The position numbers were made by a program, and so were the translations under genes. From the NCBI GenBank assembly GCA_020057555.1, contig JAGVFR010000028.1:12444-76443 (forward strand): a stretch of DNA of 64,000 nt, written 5' to 3'. Position 1 is the first letter of the stretch. Each line of letters opens with the position of its first letter. Below are positions 57,808 through 64,000 of the stretch, piece after piece. This DNA is from a bacterium (GTDB lineage: Bacteria > Patescibacteriota > Patescibacteriia > UBA9934 > GWF2-40-263). The notes below the pieces were generated by a model. That model ran no database searches. It was given only the letters and a program-made list of their open reading frames with translations, and was not told where the DNA came from.

Positions 57808-58386
57808 TTATGCCGATATCTCAAGAATTGATTCTAAAGCGCTTGAAAGCTCAACGATTCCATTGCTTCCTGAAAAATGTCCTTTTGCCTGTTCGATGAT
57901 GATTTTTGATCCAAGCTTATTTATAAAATCCTCCTGATTATCAAGAGGAACGTAAGGATCATCATCAGAAAAAATCGCGACACTTTTTTTCAAATGGTTT
58001 TCAACTTTTTCAAGATCAAGTGGAGCGTTCAACCATTCATCAACAACACTTCGTGTAATTTCATCATTTTCGATATTTGTAAGTCTTTTGAAAAAACCAG
58101 CAACAAAAACCGCGCCACCTACTTTTACATCTTCAGATAGTAATTCAAGATACCGCGCGATTGTCTGACATCCCATACTGTGACCGACAAAATATGTTTG
58201 TTCATCTGCGATTCCAACGGCTTCTTTCAAGACTGGCACACAGTTATTAATTCTCGGTTCTTCTGATTTTGGAAGTTGTGGTACAGAAACAAAGAAACCT
58301 CGACTCTCTAATTCTTTTTTGAGCCAAGGAAACCATCCTCCTTCTGGATTTCCATCCCAACCGTGAACAATAAAAATTCTTTTCAT
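57808..58386 (-). CDS. Alpha/beta hydrolase (YdeN/RBBP9-like serine esterase)
   Basis: IFIVHGWDGNPEGGWFPWL...YFVGHSMGC. Confidence 0.7.
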   Translation of the reverse strand: MKRIFIVHGWDGNPEGGWFPWLKKELESRGFFVSVPQLPKSEEPRINNCVPVLKEAVGIADEQTYFVGHSMGCQTIARYLELLSEDVKVGGAVFVAGFFKRLTNIENDEITRSVVDEWLNAPLDLEKVENHLKKSVAIFSDDDPYVPLDNQEDFINKLGSKIIIEQAKGHFSGSNGIVELSSALESILEISA

Positions 58387-58401
58387 ATTTCAAATTCGGA
58401 A

Positions 58402-58477
58402 TGGTGGACCGTGTGGGGATCGAACCCGCGACCTCTTCCATGCCATGGAAGCGCTCTACCAGCTGAGCTAACGGCCC
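58402..58477 (-). tRNA. tRNA-Ala (GGC) with G3:U70. There is one A-C mismatch in the T stem.
   Basis: GGGCCGTTAGCTCAGCTGGTAGAGCGCTTCCATGGCATGGAAGAGGTCGCGGGTTCGATCCCCACACGGTCCACCA. Confidence 0.7.
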
Positions 58478-58485
58478 GTGTGCTT

Positions 58486-60762
58486 TTATTCAATCACTTC
58501 TGGCAGAGCTGATGATAGTTTTCCCTTGAGGAGTCTGTCAAGACGAGATTTCGCAATCACGTTGTCAGGATTCAATTCTATAACTTTTTGCACTTGTTCA
58601 ATTGCCGCATCCACATTCCCTTCTTTCTCAAAAATAGTAGCAAGAAACCATCGCGCATTGCTAAACGACGGAACAAGCGAAACAGCATAACTTAATGCGT
58701 TTTTTGCTCGCGCTAAATCACCTTCGCTATTTCTTCGCATGTACAACTGACCCAACTGAAACGCAACACCAACATCTTTCATGTTATATTTCGCAACGCT
58801 TTCCATTTTACCAATTGCGTCACTTAGTCTTCCCTGCTGTTCATACAATAGCGCAAGTTGGTAATGAGCCGGCGCGTAATTTGCTTTAAGTTCGATCACT
58901 TTTTGAAATGTTTTTTCAGCCAAAATACTAGGATCGTCAACACCTGTCACAACAGTTTTCTTTTTGACTATTGCTAAATAAGTAATTCCAAGTTCATTCA
59001 AAACCGCAGGATTTAAAGGTTCAAGCTTAATTGCTTTTTGATACGACTCAATAGAAAACTTTGCGGCATCTGGAACAAGATCAATGAGTTCTCTGTAAAC
59101 CAAACCGCGCTCAAGCCAATTTAATGTATTGCGTGGAGAAAGTTCTGTTGCGCGAACAGACGCGTTCACAGACGAAGCAATCAAAGACTGTAGATATTGG
59201 CGATCTTCAAGTGTAAGTTCTGTTTTTGAATCCATTGTCGTTAGCTTTTCATTCGCGCGTAAAAGAAGGGCTTGAGAAAGTGTCCGATAAAACCGATCAT
59301 CAAAACGATTAAGCGTAGCGGCTGTATCAAGAAAAGCAACAATCTGCGTAAGTTGCACATCTTTTCGATCAGAACGCACAGCTTTTGCAAATGCGATTTC
59401 TGCAATATAACGCTGGGTTGTAAAAAATATTCCAACCAAAAACGCGAGAGTTCCAATAGCAAGAATAATTAAAGATACTATTCTAACCCATGACTTGCCT
59501 TTACTCTCTATCATTGTTTTTGGAAAAATCCGAGATGCAATCAAACCGGAAAAAAGGAAAAGAAGCCAAACTAGTGTGAGGTTGAATGGGTACAAATCAG
59601 CAATGACGATCAAAGTCATCCATGGAATCAACACAACAAAAATTTGCATGCTCTCTTCTCGTGAATTACTTTTCATCCAGACAACAACACTCCAAACACC
59701 AAGCGCAAATAGGAAAATGAAAAACAAATTCAAACCAAGATAACCAATTGTTGGAAGAAGAGTTAGAAAATAAGACGATGCTCTATCAAAACGTGTATTG
59801 TAAAACTCTGTTTGATTTATTTCTGGACCATGAAATGTTGCAAAGTCAAAAGCATATGTTCCGGGTCCTGAACCAAAAAGTGGAGAAAAGTTATCGAATG
59901 TTTTTTGCGCAACGGCTGTACTGGTCGCAGAGTTTGGAGCAAGTTCAGCTGGAATTGAAATAGACAACGGCGACTGTAAAAAGAACCAAAATGGTAAAGC
60001 AAGAATAACTAGCACGATTGGTAAAATAGATCGAAAACTATTTGTAAGATCACGAATGCGAGGAAGAATAAAAATAAATAGAATAACGTGGCCAAGCACA
60101 ATCACAAACCACAGCAACCAGTAATCAACTAATAGAAGATAAACAAATGTGATGATCGGTAGACAAACTAGGGCGATGCGTTCAATAACACTGGCAAGTT
60201 TTCTGTGCATCCATTCTTTTGTGTGAAACAACCAAAACGCGCTTGCAAACACACTCATCACAATCAGATAGATTCCCGCAGAATTGATAGTGCCTATTGT
60301 ATTAAAAGAGTTGTTTTGTGTGAACAAACTAATTACAGAAAAAAGACCTGTAAGAACAGCGGATAACAAAAGTAAAAAGTGAATTGTGCGATGTTTGTCA
60401 GACAAAACGTTTATAACAAGATAAAACAAAACAACAAATCCAAATGTCGTGAGCACGCTGGTGTATTCTTGTGAGGAAGTCCCGACCAAGGAAAGAAATG
60501 GCGAGCTTGAATAAAATGCTGAAACAACAACCGCAATAAGATACAACAATGGCAAAACATTGATCCACCCACGACGAAAAGTAAAACGTTTTTGTGCCAT
60601 CATTCCAGCAATCCAAGTAAGCGCGGCCGCAAAAGTAATCACTAAAAAGAATGTTTGTTTGTTCAATTCAAGAAAATCAATCGTAAATGGAAGGAAAAAA
60701 AGCGGAACAAAAAAAATGTTTATATACAAAAGCCAACGGGTCACAGAAAAAAGTCGGTTCAT
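58486..60762 (-). CDS. Polytopic membrane protein (O-antigen ligase / Wzy-like) fused to C-terminal TPR repeats
   Basis: 758 aa. More than 10 TM helices, then TPR-like repeats (...AHYQLALLYEQQGRLSDAIGK...). Confidence 0.6.
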   Translation of the reverse strand: MNRLFSVTRWLLYINIFFVPLFFLPFTIDFLELNKQTFFLVITFAAALTWIAGMMAQKRFTFRRGWINVLPLLYLIAVVVSAFYSSSPFLSLVGTSSQEYTSVLTTFGFVVLFYLVINVLSDKHRTIHFLLLLSAVLTGLFSVISLFTQNNSFNTIGTINSAGIYLIVMSVFASAFWLFHTKEWMHRKLASVIERIALVCLPIITFVYLLLVDYWLLWFVIVLGHVILFIFILPRIRDLTNSFRSILPIVLVILALPFWFFLQSPLSISIPAELAPNSATSTAVAQKTFDNFSPLFGSGPGTYAFDFATFHGPEINQTEFYNTRFDRASSYFLTLLPTIGYLGLNLFFIFLFALGVWSVVVWMKSNSREESMQIFVVLIPWMTLIVIADLYPFNLTLVWLLFLFSGLIASRIFPKTMIESKGKSWVRIVSLIILAIGTLAFLVGIFFTTQRYIAEIAFAKAVRSDRKDVQLTQIVAFLDTAATLNRFDDRFYRTLSQALLLRANEKLTTMDSKTELTLEDRQYLQSLIASSVNASVRATELSPRNTLNWLERGLVYRELIDLVPDAAKFSIESYQKAIKLEPLNPAVLNELGITYLAIVKKKTVVTGVDDPSILAEKTFQKVIELKANYAPAHYQLALLYEQQGRLSDAIGKMESVAKYNMKDVGVAFQLGQLYMRRNSEGDLARAKNALSYAVSLVPSFSNARWFLATIFEKEGNVDAAIEQVQKVIELNPDNVIAKSRLDRLLKGKLSSALPEVIE

Positions 60763-60799
60763 AGCACAAAAATTATATCATTTTACTGCTAACGCAAAA

Positions 60800-60836
60800 A
60801 GGACGAGTGTGGGGTGCTCGTCCTTTTCGCTTTTCA
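60800..60836. terminator. Bidirectional intrinsic terminator
   Basis: aaaaggacgagtgtggggtgctcgtccttttcgctttt. Confidence 0.6.
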
Positions 60837-60896
60837 ATTGTAGGCGTTGTCGAAAGAACGTTTCGTCAACGCAGGGCGACGGCTTATGAACTAAAA

Positions 60897-63800
60897 CTAT
60901 TCGCTACCCTGTGTAGACGATGGATTTTCGATTAGCATCTCTGTTGGTACCTCGGCTTGTTCGCCGCCTTCAACTTCGACTGCTTGATCGATAATGGTTG
61001 TGTCCGGACTCACCGGAGATGCTGGTTCTGCGGATTCAACTGGTTCTTGAATCGAGTCATTGCGAGGAGCCGAGTCATCCGGCGACGAAGCAATCTCTTC
61101 GTCTGCGGAGTCTACTTCACCCTCGATTGCACTCGGGTTCGCAGTGACGGAAACAGGTTCATACCCTTTTCGATAAGCTGTCACCATCCAATCAAACTCA
61201 ATATCAGTCGCTTCGCCACCAAATTGCTTCACAACAAAGTGATTGTTGTCTTTTTCAGAAACATACAGTGAAACCGGACTGCTTGGTGTTACAAGAACAC
61301 GTATCGGTGCTTCAGCTGAAGTCACATCATTAAATTCAGATGAGATACTTTCAAATCGCACTTCAATAGTTCCGCCTGAAAGTTTTGATGTTCCAAAAAG
61401 TGTGATAACAGCTTCTGGTGAAGTGATCGCGATTGTTTCAACTTTTTCATCAGTGTATGAACGAATAACGGTTTTCAAAAGTGCTTCGGTTTTGATCGTT
61501 CCGTCTTGTAAAATCTCCCAAATATCACCAATGCCTGCTAAGCGACCAATACTTAAAATCTCATGACCTGCCATGAAAATATTTCCTGTCATTTCAAGCG
61601 AAGAAAAATTCATGTTTGTATTCATTGCGAATCCTGAAGCTTGATTGTTTATCCCTGGAGTACTTGATGTTTTATTTCCGTTCCAATATCCGACATTTAC
61701 ATAACTCAAGATCGAGCCTTCACCAGATACAAAAGGTTCAAGCGCGTAACCAACAACAACTCCAGATTCTGTTGCCTTCATCGCGTGTCCTGATTTTGAA
61801 GATGTTGTAAGTGGATCACCAACTTTGATCTCACCATTTTCTGTTGTTACAAAAGTTGGAACCCGACCAGAAAGAGCGATCGGATATGATCCTGCTAAAT
61901 TTTCTCCAGCTAAAAATCCCGGGCGCGTAGAAACAATTCCAACAATTCCTGGTTCTTCAATTTCAACTGAACGACGAACTTTTTCTCCTTCACCTGAAAA
62001 TACAACAACTTCTCCTGGCGCAAGAATTTCATTTGAAGGGAACATTTCAGCAAAGTCATACGAACCGGTTGACCAGCCTTTCGCGTTTGTTCGCATGAAA
62101 TCTCCGCCAGCGCCTTCAGAACCATCGTAGTAAATATATTTTTCAGTTTGCGCAACACCGCGATCAGATGGATACAATCGTCCACTTATCACCATGTCTC
62201 CAGCGATTTGCATTGTGCCTTTGTCAGTGATGTACGCTACTTCTGTGTCTGTTGTATTTCGAACTGACAAACGATAATTGTTTTGATCTGTAACGCTTGC
62301 TTTGAGCATCATTTCAACAGCTTGCGCTTCATTCCCATCCCATGCAGATCCGCGAAGTGCAAAGCCGTATGAATCAAATGTTGGTTGTGATTCGCTCGCG
62401 GTTCCAAGTGGCGCCATTACTGCTTTGTCAGTCACAACAGTTGAACTTCCATCGCTTCCGATAACGTTTCCTAAATACCATCCGTTATTCACTTGAACCA
62501 TCACTTGTCCGCTTTCGCCGTTAAAATCAGCAAGTGCCATTCCAATCACACGCCCAACTTCAGTTGCTTTCATTGCAAAACCAGCAGTTGATGAAGTCGT
62601 CAAATAATCGCCAACTTTAATCGAACCGTTTTCGTTTGTGACATTAACTGGAACACGACCAACAAGCGCGACTGGCATTGGATTGTCAGAATCACTAATG
62701 TTATATCCGGCAGAAGTAAAGTCTCCGTAGTTGTCTGAAACAATACCAGCAACTGGACCTTGATATGGAGTTGAAGATTTTACGAGCTGAACGATTGTCT
62801 GTCCGTCTTCTGTTACAACTGTTTGTAAGCCTGGCACAACAATATCGCCGTATGAAATTCCTGATGCAACAGGATATTGTTCCGCGTAGTCAGCGGCTGG
62901 AGCACCATTGCAATCTTGAAGCTCATACGCAGTTCCTGCAACAGGCGGAGTCGCTCCGACAAGTGATGAACAAACAGCTGTTGTACTTGCTGTAGTGCCA
63001 AGTCCTACTTTAACAAGAGTATCTACAATTAACCCATAGTCCCAATTTGAACCTTGCACATATATACCGTTTTGAGCTCCACCTAGATTACTATCTGCAT
63101 CATCAACATGAATACCGACTAGACCATTTGCACCATCAGGAGTAAGTCCTGTGAAATCAAGATCAACGCCCGTCATTCTTCCTAATTGAGTTGTAGCAGA
63201 ATCGAAATCGGCATTGATAAGATCACCGTTCACCCATTCTGTTTCAAGATCAAAGTCTAAATACGTGCCTATTGCTGCTGGATAAATTGTTAATTTACCT
63301 CCAGTTGACATTGTCCAATCATCTCCGCCATTCAAAGCTAATGTAGTTGCCGCGTTTGTATTTCCAATACTAATCGTATCTCCTGATGTTCCGTTTGTTG
63401 CAATACCAATCGCGTTAGCTAAATCAGTTGTAACACCACCAATATCAATTGTCAGAGAATTGCTTGCGGCGTCTAGAAAATCAAAAGTTGCGCTACTGGA
63501 AAGTAAACTTCCTCCATCAATCCGTAAATTGCCATCTGCTTCAAGATCAGATTCAACGTATAGATCCCCGGCTCCTGTTGCGAGTGTTGGTGTTGCCGGT
63601 GTTGAATCAGTCGCGACATGCACTTGTGAACCTGAAAAATATCCTGCGAAATTATTGGTCCCGCCGCTTGCTTCAGCATAAATTCCAAATCGGCTTGTTC
63701 CATCTGCTGTGTTTGCAAATCTTCCTCCATAACCATTTACAATATCTCCTGAACCACTTGTTATTGATCCATCAACACCAATTGCATTTGTGATGGTTCC

Positions 63801-64000
63801 TCCTGCTGTGTTGGATCCTGATCTTCCTAAAATTCCAGCGGAAGTTCCTATTGTAAGACCGCTTGAGGAATGATTTGCAACACCGCTTACACCATAAATC
63901 GCATTCGCGACCGAACCGGAACTACGAGTATATGTCGCAACTGCTTCAGCACCATATAATGTATGAGTAAACGCGCCAGGATTAGCATCAGAAGTCACTG
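60897..64000 (-). CDS. Giant Gly/Thr/Ser-rich surface protein (more than 1033 aa). The N-terminus lies beyond the window end. It has two internally duplicated ~250-aa domains and an acidic C-terminal tail.
   Basis: Duplicated blocks GDPLTTSSKSGHAMKATESGVVVGYALEPF and GDYLTTSSTAGFAMKATEVGRVIGMALADF. Long G/T/S/N-rich beta-like repeats. Confidence 0.6.
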   Translation of the reverse strand, partial: VTSDANPGAFTHTLYGAEAVATYTRSSGSVANAIYGVSGVANHSSSGLTIGTSAGILGRSGSNTAGGTITNAIGVDGSITSGSGDIVNGYGGRFANTADGTSRFGIYAEASGGTNNFAGYFSGSQVHVATDSTPATPTLATGAGDLYVESDLEADGNLRIDGGSLLSSSATFDFLDAASNSLTIDIGGVTTDLANAIGIATNGTSGDTISIGNTNAATTLALNGGDDWTMSTGGKLTIYPAAIGTYLDFDLETEWVNGDLINADFDSATTQLGRMTGVDLDFTGLTPDGANGLVGIHVDDADSNLGGAQNGIYVQGSNWDYGLIVDTLVKVGLGTTASTTAVCSSLVGATPPVAGTAYELQDCNGAPAADYAEQYPVASGISYGDIVVPGLQTVVTEDGQTIVQLVKSSTPYQGPVAGIVSDNYGDFTSAGYNISDSDNPMPVALVGRVPVNVTNENGSIKVGDYLTTSSTAGFAMKATEVGRVIGMALADFNGESGQVMVQVNNGWYLGNVIGSDGSSTVVTDKAVMAPLGTASESQPTFDSYGFALRGSAWDGNEAQAVEMMLKASVTDQNNYRLSVRNTTDTEVAYITDKGTMQIAGDMVISGRLYPSDRGVAQTEKYIYYDGSEGAGGDFMRTNAKGWSTGSYDFAEMFPSNEILAPGEVVVFSGEGEKVRRSVEIEEPGIVGIVSTRPGFLAGENLAGSYPIALSGRVPTFVTTENGEIKVGDPLTTSSKSGHAMKATESGVVVGYALEPFVSGEGSILSYVNVGYWNGNKTSSTPGINNQASGFAMNTNMNFSSLEMTGNIFMAGHEILSIGRLAGIGDIWEILQDGTIKTEALLKTVIRSYTDEKVETIAITSPEAVITLFGTSKLSGGTIEVRFESISSEFNDVTSAEAPIRVLVTPSSPVSLYVSEKDNNHFVVKQFGGEATDIEFDWMVTAYRKGYEPVSVTANPSAIEGEVDSADEEIASSPDDSAPRNDSIQEPVESAEPASPVSPDTTIIDQAVEVEGGEQAEVPTEMLIENPSSTQGSE

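Noticed and set aside
60897-64000. Diversity-generating retroelement target (repeated domains in the giant protein; paralogous secreted proteins at 25-27.5 kb)
   Set aside because: The repeats differ at all codon types rather than at adenine-specific positions. There is no reverse transcriptase and no nucleotide-level template/variable repeat pair in the window.

Overview
This 64 kb window is a low-GC (roughly 38-40%) bacterial chromosome segment with the hallmarks of a Candidate Phyla Radiation / Patescibacteria genome. UGA is used as a stop codon, so this is not genetic code 25. The 16S rRNA gene is not linked to 23S/5S and is interrupted near E. coli position 1506 by an ~820-nt group I-like intron carrying a LAGLIDADG homing endonuclease. 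SMC is short (763 aa), and a compact type IV pilus (T4P) operon with a two-component system is present. Core genes seen: metK (partial), hsp20, clpP, nrnA-like, smc, rpsP, trmD, a KH-domain protein, mgtC, ruvC, rpoC, rpoB, ftsK, rodZ-like, recA, efp, epmA, rpsR, ssb, rpsF and ychF. Six tRNAs are present: Phe, Ile, Pro, Gly, Ala, plus a 25-nt duplicated tRNA-Pro 3' end. The most unusual content, in order of interest: (1) a ~630-nt GC-rich region without ORFs at 7.3-7.94 kb, with a near-consensus promoter and an intrinsic terminator on the minus strand, which I read as a candidate large structured ncRNA; (2) two families of small intergenic hairpin elements with compensatory stem changes (family 2 twice, family 1 at least five times), often beside tRNA, rRNA or ncRNA loci; (3) a block of five to six secreted or cell-surface proteins of unknown function immediately downstream of the T4P operon, sharing an N-terminal module and enclosing a type I signal peptidase on the opposite strand; (4) GC-rich islands with hypothetical genes between rpoB and ftsK and next to ychF. 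Smaller oddities are a 35-nt near-identical segment at the 3' ends of two unrelated genes, a G-run insert in smc, a 130-nt palindrome, an AAAGTAGTAGAG motif upstream of clpP, recA and efp, and a (CCA)11 microsatellite. All calls rest on reading the sequence and the supplied ORF translations; no database searches were possible.
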